Source of the DNA: Poseidonia sp.
GTDB lineage: Archaea; Thermoplasmatota; Poseidoniia; Poseidoniales; Poseidoniaceae
NCBI GenBank assembly: GCA_030829545.1
Contig: JAURAI010000004.1
Span: 63,433-127,432 of the forward strand
DNA: 64,000 bases
Direction: 5' to 3'
Of the stretch, positions 1 through 8,940 are shown in pieces. The first letter of the stretch is position 1. Every line of letters starts with the position of its first letter. The notes under the pieces are model-generated. The model was not told the origin of the DNA, did not search any database, and worked only from the letters and a program-made list of their open reading frames with translations. The position numbers and the translations under genes are program-made.

Positions 1-1337
1 CAGGCCACGAGAAGATCTTGGGCGGTTCTGTCAGCGTCAAAGGAATGGATTCCTACGCCCAACGTTATGGCGGCCACCAATTCGGTCATTGGGCCGGACA
101 GTTGGGTGACGGGCGAGCGATTACGTTGGGAGAAGTCAAGACCGCCAGCGACGTATTGGAATTGCAATTGAAGGGAGCGGGCACCACCCCTTATTCGAGA
201 ACCGCGGACGGAAAAGCAGTGTTGCGTTCATCCATCAGAGAATTTCTTTGCAGTGAAGCTATGCACCATTTGGGTGTTCCGACCACCCGAGCCTTGTCGC
301 TGGTGACAACTGGGGAAGCCGTGGTTCGTGACGTCTTGTACAATGGCAATCCTGCTCCAGAACCTGGTGCAGTTGTTTGCAGAGTAGCCCCAAGTTTTCT
401 TCGCTTTGGAAGTTTCCAAATTCACGCAGCCATGGGAGACCGTAAGACCTTAGCAACCCTTGTGGAGCATACGGTCAAACACCATTTTCCTGACCATCAC
501 GTCAATGACGACGAGGGGCGGGTCGCATGGCTTGAACGCATCGCAGAAGACACCGCTGTGATGATTGCTCATTGGAATCGCGTGGGTTTCGTTCATGGCG
601 TTATGAATACGGACAACATGTCCATTCACGGGTTAACCATCGATTACGGCCCTTATGGCTGGCTCGAGGATTACAACCCAAACTGGACGCCCAATACCAC
701 TGATGCATCACGCCGACGCTACAGATACGGGCAGCAAGCCCATATCGGAGCTTGGAACATCGCCCGCTTCCTGGAATCCATCGGCCCTTTGATGGAGGAA
801 CCAGAACACTTGCATGAAGTACTCAATACCTACTATGCCGCTTACGAAAAACACAACAGCAGCATGTGGGCTGAAAAACTCGGCATGGATGAACTCAGGG
901 AATCGGATGCACCGTTGCTGGAAGACCTCGTTGCTTTATTGCAAAAGGTTGAGACGGACATGACCGTCTTCTTCCGCCTGCTTTCATCCCTTGAAGAACC
1001 GAAGATCAAGTATCTTCAAACTGCCTTTTACGATGTCACCCAGTGCCCCGAAGACGAATGGAATGGGTGGTTGAATCAATGGTGGCAGCGGGTTAAGGGG
1101 GAGCCAAATCGCGAACGGATGCGCCGTGCAAATCCAAAGTATGTACTTCGTAATTGGATGGCTCAAAAAGCAATTGAGGCTGCAGAAGAAGAGGATTTTT
1201 CAGTCGCAGAAACACTCTACCAATTGCTCAAGAAACCCTATGACGAACAGCCCGAGTTCGAAAATGAGTGGTTCAAAAAGCGGCCCGAATGGGCGAGGAA
1301 TAAAGTCGGGTGCTCGATGCTTTCATGCTCGAGTTAG
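1..1337 (+). CDS. selO: Protein adenylyltransferase SelO (YdiU/UPF0061 family), 5' end cut by window edge
   Basis: The frame is open from nt 3 to the stop at 1335-1337. Motifs YAQRYGGHQFGHWAGQLGDGRAITLGEV, VMNTDNMSIHGLTIDYGPYGW and NPKYVLRNW are typical of SelO. Roughly 60-70 N-terminal residues seem to lie upstream of the window. Confidence 0.85.
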   Translation, partial: GHEKILGGSVSVKGMDSYAQRYGGHQFGHWAGQLGDGRAITLGEVKTASDVLELQLKGAGTTPYSRTADGKAVLRSSIREFLCSEAMHHLGVPTTRALSLVTTGEAVVRDVLYNGNPAPEPGAVVCRVAPSFLRFGSFQIHAAMGDRKTLATLVEHTVKHHFPDHHVNDDEGRVAWLERIAEDTAVMIAHWNRVGFVHGVMNTDNMSIHGLTIDYGPYGWLEDYNPNWTPNTTDASRRRYRYGQQAHIGAWNIARFLESIGPLMEEPEHLHEVLNTYYAAYEKHNSSMWAEKLGMDELRESDAPLLEDLVALLQKVETDMTVFFRLLSSLEEPKIKYLQTAFYDVTQCPEDEWNGWLNQWWQRVKGEPNRERMRRANPKYVLRNWMAQKAIEAAEEEDFSVAETLYQLLKKPYDEQPEFENEWFKKRPEWARNKVGCSMLSCSS

Positions 1338-1341
1338 GCGG

Positions 1342-1584
1342 TCACTTGAGCGGCAACGGATTGGAGCGCAATCGCAGACCCAATGCAAAACCGATGGTGT
1401 TGACGACAAGGTCAGAGATTTTGTTATCCCATGTCTCGGTAACGAAATCGAAGGGCAGGTACAATTCAAGCACTTCCCAACCGATTGACAGCAGAAAGAA
1501 TACCGGCCAGTTCTTGAGTAAAAAACACCCTATTGCTGTCCATTGCAAGAAATGACCAAGGGACCAAAGATTCAGCAGAACCAT
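1342..1584 (-). CDS. Small integral membrane protein (about 80 aa, 2-3 hydrophobic helices), function unknown
   Basis: It is the only sizeable ORF in the 1338-1721 gap. It has hydrophobic stretches (LGHFLQWTAIGCFLL, PVFFLLSIGW, LVVNTIGFALGL) and is convergent with selO. No family was recognised with certainty. Confidence 0.4.
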   Translation of the reverse strand: MVLLNLWSLGHFLQWTAIGCFLLKNWPVFFLLSIGWEVLELYLPFDFVTETWDNKISDLVVNTIGFALGLRLRSNPLPLK

Positions 1585-1721
1585 GAAAACGGTGTGATGT
1601 CCCCCCCTTTATGATGATTCATCCTGCACGCTTCACACGCCTCAACGCAGGAATTTCCTTGAACAAGTTCTCCCGAACCGATTATGAACACTTGGCTCGT
1701 GAAGCGGAATGAGGGGGAGCA

Positions 1722-3710
1722 ATGCGGGACAACTGGCCACCAAAGAAAATCGCATTGACCCCGGGGAAGCGCGTGCTGTTTCTCACCAAAGATTTGGACC
1801 TCATCAAGCAACAACTCTACGATGGTTTGAATCTCAAAATGGAGGACCTCTCAGTTGAAGACCTCCTCGACGACATCAACACCGACGTCATGACACCAGC
1901 ATGGGTCTGTTTCGACCATGACCCCGCTGAGATTGCAAAGAATGCCTATGCTGGACTCATGCACAACGGGTTGCGTGTCTTCCGTGAAAAGGCATTGAAG
2001 GACGGTAATTTTGAGGTGATTGTTTCTGGGCAACGGAAAGGAACGGGCTCAAGCCGAGAAACTGCTGCTCAATGCGAGCGATGGGCCGGGATCAACATCG
2101 TCATTGCTGCATCCTTCGCACCCATTCATGAACGCAATAACATCAACCTCGGTCAATTGATGGGCGACCACGCCATGCTGGAACGCCTCCAGCAAGGAGA
2201 GGAACTCGCCCTTTCGGAATTTACCGGCAGGTACGACCCCGTAACCCAACTCATCTTGGAACGCGGTGGTCTCTTCCCCTTCGCTAAGGCGCTCAAATCA
2301 GGCGGCCTTGATCTGCCTCCCTTGGACACGCCTTCACGCCCGATGACCATGGCTGAGCGAATCATCAGCCGCAACCTGGTCGGACAGCCCGATGGCCAAT
2401 GCGTCAAACCGGAGGACCCTGTCATCGCTCAAGTACAAGGGGGGTATTCTCATGAATTCACCACCGCACAGGTTCACACTTTCCTCCAAGAAGAATACGG
2501 CGATGATTACACCCTTCCCAACCCGAGTAAATTCGCTGTATTCGAAGACCACTTGCTCTATGCACAACACAATCCTAAATTCGTTCCTTTCATGCACAAA
2601 GTGCAAACACTTCGCGACTTGCAAGTGGCCTTCCAACAACATGCAGGCGTCCGCGATTACTCGGCGGTTGACGGCGTTTCTCCTGGCATTTGCCATCAGG
2701 TGGCTCGAGAAGAATTCATTGAGATCGGAGATTTCATCCAAGCAACTGATTCTCACACCTGTATGGGCGGGGCCTCCAATGCCTTGACATGGGGCGTAGG
2801 AGCTACAGAATATGCGAACCTTGTCAGTGCCGGATTTACCTTTGTCAAAGTGCCCGAATCAATTCGATTTGAACTGGTGGGGGAACTGAATCACGGATGC
2901 ACTGCAAAAGACGTCATCCTGGCTATTTTAGCCGACCACGCCCGAAAGGAGTTGACGCTCAATCGAAGCATGGAATTTGGCGGCCCTGGCCTCACCTCGC
3001 TCTCGGTGGACGAACGCGCTACCTTGTGCAACATGGCTACAGAGTGCTCAGGACGAACTGGAATTTGTGAAGCAGATGATGCATTGATGGAATGGATGCT
3101 CAATTCACAATCCAACCTCGATGAGGCGGAGCAGCGGTCTCGCATGGTCAAGCCTGATGAAGGCGCTCACTACCATGGTGGTGTGCACACGATTGACCTC
3201 TCCACCATCGTACCGATGGTCGCCCACCCCGGCGACCCTGACGAAGGAATTCCAAGCGATCCTACCAATGGAGCCAACATCGACGATATTGGGGCAGTAC
3301 ACGTTGATATCGCCTACGGAGGCTCATGCACTGCAGGGAAGGAAGACGACATTGCGTACTATGCAGAGGTTTGTCAAGCGGCCAAAGATGCGGGCCTCTC
3401 GGTCAAGGAAGGCGTTGACTTCTACATCCAATACGGTTCGGGCCAAGTCAAGGCCCTTGCAGAACGGAAAGGGTGGCACGACCTCTTCCTTGAAGTTGGT
3501 GTGAAACTCATTGACCCGGGTTGCGGCGCTTGCATTGGAGCAGGCCCCGGGGTCTCAATCACTCCCGAGCAGGTAACCGTTTCAGCGATCAACCGAAATT
3601 TCCAAGGTCGTTCCGGACCGGGTAAACTCTACCTCGCCAGTCCACTCACGGTAGCAGCCTCTGCCTTCACAGGCATCATTTCAGCCTGGAACAGCGAACT
3701 CTTCGCTTGA
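1722..3710 (+). CDS. Aconitase-family hydro-lyase with the swivel (LeuD-like) domain at the N-terminus, followed by LeuC-like domains 1-3
   Basis: The N-terminal GSSRETAAQ...NIVIAASFAPIHERNNINLG resembles LeuD/aconitase domain 4. Downstream are DSHTCMGGA, GGSCTAGKEDD and GCGACIGAGPG (Fe-S cluster Cys motifs) and INRNFQGRSG. Confidence 0.85.
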   Translation: MRDNWPPKKIALTPGKRVLFLTKDLDLIKQQLYDGLNLKMEDLSVEDLLDDINTDVMTPAWVCFDHDPAEIAKNAYAGLMHNGLRVFREKALKDGNFEVIVSGQRKGTGSSRETAAQCERWAGINIVIAASFAPIHERNNINLGQLMGDHAMLERLQQGEELALSEFTGRYDPVTQLILERGGLFPFAKALKSGGLDLPPLDTPSRPMTMAERIISRNLVGQPDGQCVKPEDPVIAQVQGGYSHEFTTAQVHTFLQEEYGDDYTLPNPSKFAVFEDHLLYAQHNPKFVPFMHKVQTLRDLQVAFQQHAGVRDYSAVDGVSPGICHQVAREEFIEIGDFIQATDSHTCMGGASNALTWGVGATEYANLVSAGFTFVKVPESIRFELVGELNHGCTAKDVILAILADHARKELTLNRSMEFGGPGLTSLSVDERATLCNMATECSGRTGICEADDALMEWMLNSQSNLDEAEQRSRMVKPDEGAHYHGGVHTIDLSTIVPMVAHPGDPDEGIPSDPTNGANIDDIGAVHVDIAYGGSCTAGKEDDIAYYAEVCQAAKDAGLSVKEGVDFYIQYGSGQVKALAERKGWHDLFLEVGVKLIDPGCGACIGAGPGVSITPEQVTVSAINRNFQGRSGPGKLYLASPLTVAASAFTGIISAWNSELFA

Positions 3711-3850
3711 TTGACCTTCAACTCAGTGGTCAAATTTCGGCCCATTTCATCCTTCGTTGACTGTTGTGTATATTTACCCTCAAAGTCGGGGGTATGCTAT
3801 CTGTTGGCCCGACGTTGTCAAGACGGAGGAGGACCGAGGGAGTGGATACG

Positions 3851-5941
3851 ATGGCAGGAACTGCAGAGCGAATGGCGAGCAATCAGAAACAAGTAGCGAT
3901 TTCTGAATTTTTTGAGAAGAACAAACATTTCCTCGGTTTTGACTCCCTGCCCCGTTCCCTCATCACCGCCGTTAAAGAAGCGGTTGACAATTCCCTCGAT
4001 GCTTGTGAAGAGGCTCGGATTCTACCAGAGATCAAAATTCAAATCACAAAATTGGACGGAAAAAAAGACATCATTGAACTGAGAAGCGAAGACAACGGGC
4101 CGGGGATTCCTAAGAAGAGCATTGAGAAAGTGTTTGGACAGTTGCTCTTTGGTTCCCGTTTCCATGCCATTCGTCAGTCGCGTGGCCAACAAGGGATCGG
4201 GATTACCGGTGTTGTGATGTATTGCCAATTAACAACGGGACGCAAGACCCATGTGCGCTCAAAGATCGCAACCGAAACTTCCGCAGCGATTGTGGATATC
4301 GGGCTCGATACGCGGAAAAACAAAGCGACGAAAAGCGGTGAAGGACGTGAGTTGTGGGAGTTGCCTGACGGCACCCTGAAGGAACATGGTTTGGAAATCA
4401 CCGCTCAAATGAAAGCAAAATACCAACGCGGACGACAAAGTGTGTATCAGTACCTGCGGATGACCAGTATTGTCAATCCCCACGCAGATATCACCTTCAT
4501 CGACCCCGATGGAGAAACGCACCACTGGCCCCGAGTAACCGAGCGCCTTCCACGGAAGGTGGAGAGCATCAAGCCTCATCCTCACGGCATTCATTTGGGA
4601 ACCTTGCAACGGATGTGTACTGAATCAACCGATTCCCGAATGACGGTGTTTTTGCGCAATAATTTTTCTGGCGTATCCTCTCGTGCAGCGAAGGAATTGC
4701 TTGCAGCAGCAGAGATTGAAGAAAAGGCGAAGCCCAAATTGCTCAAAGCGGACCACTATCGAGCCCTTCTGGAGGCTTTTCAAGGCGAACGGATGCTGAA
4801 TAACAAGCCCGTTAAATTATTGAATCCGCCCACCAATTGTCTTTCTCCAATCGAAGAATTGCTGATCAAGAAAGGTCTGTCTAAAACCATCGATTCCCGG
4901 TATGTTACCACGATGACGCGCGCGCCCACTGTCACCCAAGGCAATCCCTACCAGGTTGAGGTCGGTCTCATCTTTGGAGATGGTATGGCTGCGGACAAGC
5001 CCGTTGAAGTGCTCCGCTTCGCAAACCGTGTCCCCCTGATGTACCAGCAAGGTGGGTGTTTGTTGACCAAAGCCATCGAATCCGTCGATTGGAGGCAATA
5101 TGGACTGGATCAAGCAGGTGGACGTGGCGTGCCGAAGGGCCCTGCTGCGATTCTCGTTCACCTTGCCAGTACCAACGTGCAATTTACCTCCGAGGCAAAA
5201 GAAGCACTTGCCGATAACGCCGAAGTTATTGATGAGGTGCGAAAGGCGCTGCTCGAAATGGGACGGGGTTTGCGTAAGCACCTTGAGAAGAAGAAGAAAA
5301 TGGCCAAAACTCAAGACAAATTCGAATTGGTCAACGACATTATTCCGGCCATTGCAGAAAAAGCGGCTGCAATTCTTGACCGCCCGGTTCCAAACCTCTC
5401 TGGCTCCATTACCCGAATCATGGGAGCCGTCATTTCCGAAGCAACGACGGTTTGGAATAAAGAAACCAAACAAACGGACGTTACAATCACGCTGTTCAAT
5501 TACACGACCCGTGCGCGTTCCTACACGCTCTTGGCCTCTTGGCCTGAGCGCGCTGGAGCGACCATGGTGAAGAATGAACAAGGTGGACGTAAGGAAGCAA
5601 GTGGAGTATGGGCGTGGAAGCTTGACACGCTGGAGCCTGGACAAACTATCACCTTCACTTATTCACTCACTGGGTTGGAGCGAGGAGATTGGACGGATAC
5701 CGATCTTTTCTATCGTGGAAGCCAAGAAGTGATCGGCGCGTCGAAGATGGATGAAAAACTCCTTGAGGAAATTCGCCGTCAAGAGGCTGCAGCCAACGGT
5801 GAGGATGAACCTGCAGATGATGAACCCGTAGATGATGGGGAGGAGGCAGAGCCAACAGCAGCACAGGGTTCAGAAATCAATGCCGACCCTCCTGCAAAAA
5901 CGGGTCAACAAACCCTGATGGGTTTCGGAGGTGATGAATGA
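3851..5941 (+). CDS. top6B: DNA topoisomerase VI subunit B
   Basis: GHKL/Bergerat ATPase boxes are present: VKEAVDNSLDACEE, EDNGPGIP and SRGQQGIGITG. The gene has a 4-nt ATGA overlap with top6A. The start is set at ATG 3851 (MAGTAERM...) rather than the longer track ORF. The C-terminal tail is acidic. Confidence 0.92.
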   Translation: MAGTAERMASNQKQVAISEFFEKNKHFLGFDSLPRSLITAVKEAVDNSLDACEEARILPEIKIQITKLDGKKDIIELRSEDNGPGIPKKSIEKVFGQLLFGSRFHAIRQSRGQQGIGITGVVMYCQLTTGRKTHVRSKIATETSAAIVDIGLDTRKNKATKSGEGRELWELPDGTLKEHGLEITAQMKAKYQRGRQSVYQYLRMTSIVNPHADITFIDPDGETHHWPRVTERLPRKVESIKPHPHGIHLGTLQRMCTESTDSRMTVFLRNNFSGVSSRAAKELLAAAEIEEKAKPKLLKADHYRALLEAFQGERMLNNKPVKLLNPPTNCLSPIEELLIKKGLSKTIDSRYVTTMTRAPTVTQGNPYQVEVGLIFGDGMAADKPVEVLRFANRVPLMYQQGGCLLTKAIESVDWRQYGLDQAGGRGVPKGPAAILVHLASTNVQFTSEAKEALADNAEVIDEVRKALLEMGRGLRKHLEKKKKMAKTQDKFELVNDIIPAIAEKAAAILDRPVPNLSGSITRIMGAVISEATTVWNKETKQTDVTITLFNYTTRARSYTLLASWPERAGATMVKNEQGGRKEASGVWAWKLDTLEPGQTITFTYSLTGLERGDWTDTDLFYRGSQEVIGASKMDEKLLEEIRRQEAAANGEDEPADDEPVDDGEEAEPTAAQGSEINADPPAKTGQQTLMGFGGDE

Positions 5942-7038
5942 TGTCCGCCATGCACACAAGTGAAGAAACAAAGACAGCACTCCATGCTGTCGTTGAAGAA
6001 ATGTATGATAAAATCGTCAAAGGTGAGCCTCCAACGATGACCTTGCCGGTTCGAACCAAGAATAATATCGGCTTTGATAGCAAACTCGGCGTTTACAAGT
6101 ACGGCAAGAAGCGTTCTACTCGGGATGCGACGAGTTTGGGTTCAGCCAAGCAATTGCTTCGTGCATTGCACGTGGTCGAATTCATCGAAGAAATGATTGA
6201 TGCTGGGAAGTCTTCAACTCTCAGAGAAATGTATTATATCTCTGAGGCTTGGGGTCTTGGAAAGTTTTCATCTCAAAATGAATCGAATAATCTTGCTGAA
6301 GATCTGGAGGTCGTCACCAAATGCATGCGCGAGGATTTCAAATTACGGCCTGAAGAAGACGGGGCACGGATGATTGGAAATCTCACTCTTCGTGAACGAA
6401 ACCGAAGAGGCGAATGGATGCGAATCAATGCACGCGACGATGTTGGAGATTCTGGGTACGGTGTGCCTTACAATGTTGAAGAAGAGAAAATCGAACTTCT
6501 TGAACACGACATCAATTTCATCATGGCCATTGAGACCGGTGGTATGTTTGACCGTTTGATTGAAAATGGATTTGATGAAGATTACAAATGTGGTTTATTG
6601 CACCTCAAGGGGCAACCTGCACGGTCAACACGCCGAATCATGAAACGCATGAGCGAAGAATGGGATTTGCCCGTTGTTGTCTTCCTTGACGGTGACCCCT
6701 GGTCCTTCCGTATCTTCGCCTCCATCGCTTATGGAGCCATTAAGACCGCTCACATTTCAGAATACTTGGCCACGCCCTCTGCAACCTATCTCGGTATCAC
6801 GGCTGATGACATTGAAGCCTATGACTTGCCAAGTGATGACTTGTCGACGCGAGATGTCGACGCGCTGAAGGCAGAACTTTCCGACCCTCGGTTCGCTGAC
6901 CCATGGTGGCAGGAACAGATCAACATGATGTTGGAATTGGGGAAGAAGGCCGAACAACAATCACTTGCAAAATACGGTCTTGATTTCGTCACCGACACCT
7001 ACCTCCCCGAGAAATTAGCCGACCTTGGGTTGGCCTGA
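5938..7038 (+). CDS. top6A: DNA topoisomerase VI subunit A (Spo11 family)
   Basis: Contains the REMYYISE catalytic-Tyr region and TOPRIM motifs (IMAIETGGMFDRL, VVFLDGDPWSFRI). It is translationally coupled to top6B. Confidence 0.92.
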   Translation: MMSAMHTSEETKTALHAVVEEMYDKIVKGEPPTMTLPVRTKNNIGFDSKLGVYKYGKKRSTRDATSLGSAKQLLRALHVVEFIEEMIDAGKSSTLREMYYISEAWGLGKFSSQNESNNLAEDLEVVTKCMREDFKLRPEEDGARMIGNLTLRERNRRGEWMRINARDDVGDSGYGVPYNVEEEKIELLEHDINFIMAIETGGMFDRLIENGFDEDYKCGLLHLKGQPARSTRRIMKRMSEEWDLPVVVFLDGDPWSFRIFASIAYGAIKTAHISEYLATPSATYLGITADDIEAYDLPSDDLSTRDVDALKAELSDPRFADPWWQEQINMMLELGKKAEQQSLAKYGLDFVTDTYLPEKLADLGLA

Positions 7039-7083
7039 GCCCATGAGCGAGCCTTATGGAGGAAGAGGGTTTGGGGAATAACG

Positions 7084-8133
7084 ATGCAAGCCGGTGAACC
7101 CGCCAAGCGGTCTCCTTGGGCCATGCGACTTGCCATCGCTGGCGCGACCATGGTCGTCATCGGGATTGTGCTTGTCAGCAGCCAATCCAGTAACATTAGC
7201 GAGGCAATGGACCCGCGTGAAAACTACCACCAAACCTACGTTGGCCCCGGTAGTGAAGTTGCGGGACAATTAGACGATACATGTTATCGCTTCTATCAAC
7301 TCAGTGACGACCCTGAAATGAGTGTGGAATTGTTCCGAGTTGAAGGCTCCTCCATCTCGGGCGAAGCCATTGCAGAGGCTTCATGCAAACTTGACTTCCA
7401 ACCCATGACTCAAGAAGGCAATGTTCTCGTCGAACGCGCTTCCTGGAAATTGAATGAATCTGGTGAATACGCTGTCACCATCACCTGTGCGAACTCTTGT
7501 GAGAGTGCACAAGGTTGGTTCTCTTCCATTGATGCCTTCCAAAACAAATTATTCGAATCAACGACACTCCTCTTTGGTGCCACCATTTGCTGTTTTGGTA
7601 TTTTTACTACCCCTGTTGCACTCATCATTTACTTCGCATCCAAACCAAGTAAGACCCCTCGTGTCATGATGGTCGGAGAAGACGGGCGTTTGATTCCCAT
7701 CACCGACCTCAATCCAGACAACCCTGTGCTCTTTGACCAGCCTCAGGAGCAAGGACGTCCCGAACAGGGTCCAACCGTTGCGCCGCCATTTGCCGATACA
7801 GCCGAGCAGAATCAACCGGATGAATTCGTGGACGGACTGCCCGATGTTGCGGCAGGAAACTTGCTGACTACCGAACAAGTCTATGCCTTGATGAAAGGCG
7901 ATGTTGAAGCGGCACAGGAGCATGCTCGCTCGGGCCGTTACCAAGGTGCAACGGCAGAGGACGCTATTGAGGAGGCTGCCAACATGGCAGCCATTGCTTC
8001 ATGGGATGAAGGAGTCACTCTCGCCAAACAAGAGAACGAAACAACGCCCAACCAACGACCTGCGCCCAAGCCAGTGAAGACCACTTCAACGACCTTAAGC
8101 GATCAATCTTGGAAAGAATGGGAAGAGCTCTGA
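7084..8133 (+). CDS. Hypothetical membrane protein (N-terminal anchor, one central TM, acidic C-terminal tail)
   Basis: Long ORF with coding-like composition. TM segments are LAIAGATMVVIGIVLVSS and LLFGATICCFGIFTTPVALIIYF. No recognisable catalytic motif. Confidence 0.6.
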   Translation: MQAGEPAKRSPWAMRLAIAGATMVVIGIVLVSSQSSNISEAMDPRENYHQTYVGPGSEVAGQLDDTCYRFYQLSDDPEMSVELFRVEGSSISGEAIAEASCKLDFQPMTQEGNVLVERASWKLNESGEYAVTITCANSCESAQGWFSSIDAFQNKLFESTTLLFGATICCFGIFTTPVALIIYFASKPSKTPRVMMVGEDGRLIPITDLNPDNPVLFDQPQEQGRPEQGPTVAPPFADTAEQNQPDEFVDGLPDVAAGNLLTTEQVYALMKGDVEAAQEHARSGRYQGATAEDAIEEAANMAAIASWDEGVTLAKQENETTPNQRPAPKPVKTTSTTLSDQSWKEWEEL

Positions 8134-8187
8134 AGCAAACGATGAGTTCAAAGAGGGGTGCGGACTACCCAACCTCGAGTTGAGAAG

Positions 8188-8934
8188 ATGACTGACCTTG
8201 ACAGTGCCCTCTATTTGCTCCAAAACAAGATGCGTCGTCAAATTCTTGAACGCTTGATTCGAGAACCGCATTACGCCATGCAGCTCTCTCAAATCATCGG
8301 TGCAAGTCAACCTGCCATCGTCAAGCATCTGAAGGAACTCGAGGAGGGCGGCATGGTTTCAAAATCGAAAGTACCCTCAGAAAAAGGTGGCCCGCCACGA
8401 ACGATTTACTCAGTAGAGAAGGCCTTCTCGATCCAGATTGACCTTGGCCCGGACCTCTTTCGGTGCGAACAGAGAAAACTCCCTGCAGGAGGGCCAATGA
8501 GGCTCTCAACCCAGCTGCCATCAGCCTCCATCCCTGTTGCAGAAGCACTGGGTGGACGGAAGAAAATCGCCGTGGCCGAAGGATTGGCTCACCTCCGATC
8601 GTTAAGTGAGGTACTCGATGACCTCGATGCACAACGAGACGCTGTCATCGCCCTTCATCAGCACGTACGTCAGCGTGTTTCTGCTGGATTAGGCTCTGAT
8701 TTTGAACTCTATGAGGAACGAAGTATCATTCAATCCATCGTTGAATCAAACGGTGAGCGTTTGGACTTAGCATCGCTTATCCAACGAGAACTCATCGGTG
8801 ACACCAACGTAACAGAACTCATCGAAACACTACGAAGTCAACTCGAACGTCAAATCGCCCAACGCTCTGGACAAATCATCGCCGCTCCGCTCAACACTGA
8901 GCTACGCTGGTACCTCGGCCCGAAGCCAAAGTGA
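8188..8934 (+). CDS. ArsR-type winged-helix transcription regulator with a C-terminal helical extension
   Basis: RRQILERLIREPHYAMQLSQIIGASQPAIVKHLKELEEGGMV is a typical ArsR/SmtB HTH. The start is set at ATG 8188. Confidence 0.7.
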   Translation: MTDLDSALYLLQNKMRRQILERLIREPHYAMQLSQIIGASQPAIVKHLKELEEGGMVSKSKVPSEKGGPPRTIYSVEKAFSIQIDLGPDLFRCEQRKLPAGGPMRLSTQLPSASIPVAEALGGRKKIAVAEGLAHLRSLSEVLDDLDAQRDAVIALHQHVRQRVSAGLGSDFELYEERSIIQSIVESNGERLDLASLIQRELIGDTNVTELIETLRSQLERQIAQRSGQIIAAPLNTELRWYLGPKPK

Positions 8935-8940
8935 ACTGCG

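Noticed and set aside
3711-3733. Hairpin TTGACC...GGTCAA right after the aconitase-family stop
   Set aside because: It has only a 6-bp stem with an 11-nt loop and a weak ATTTC tail, so it is not distinguishable from chance.
4817-5644. 275-aa minus-strand ORF
   Set aside because: It is antisense to top6B and has no motifs.
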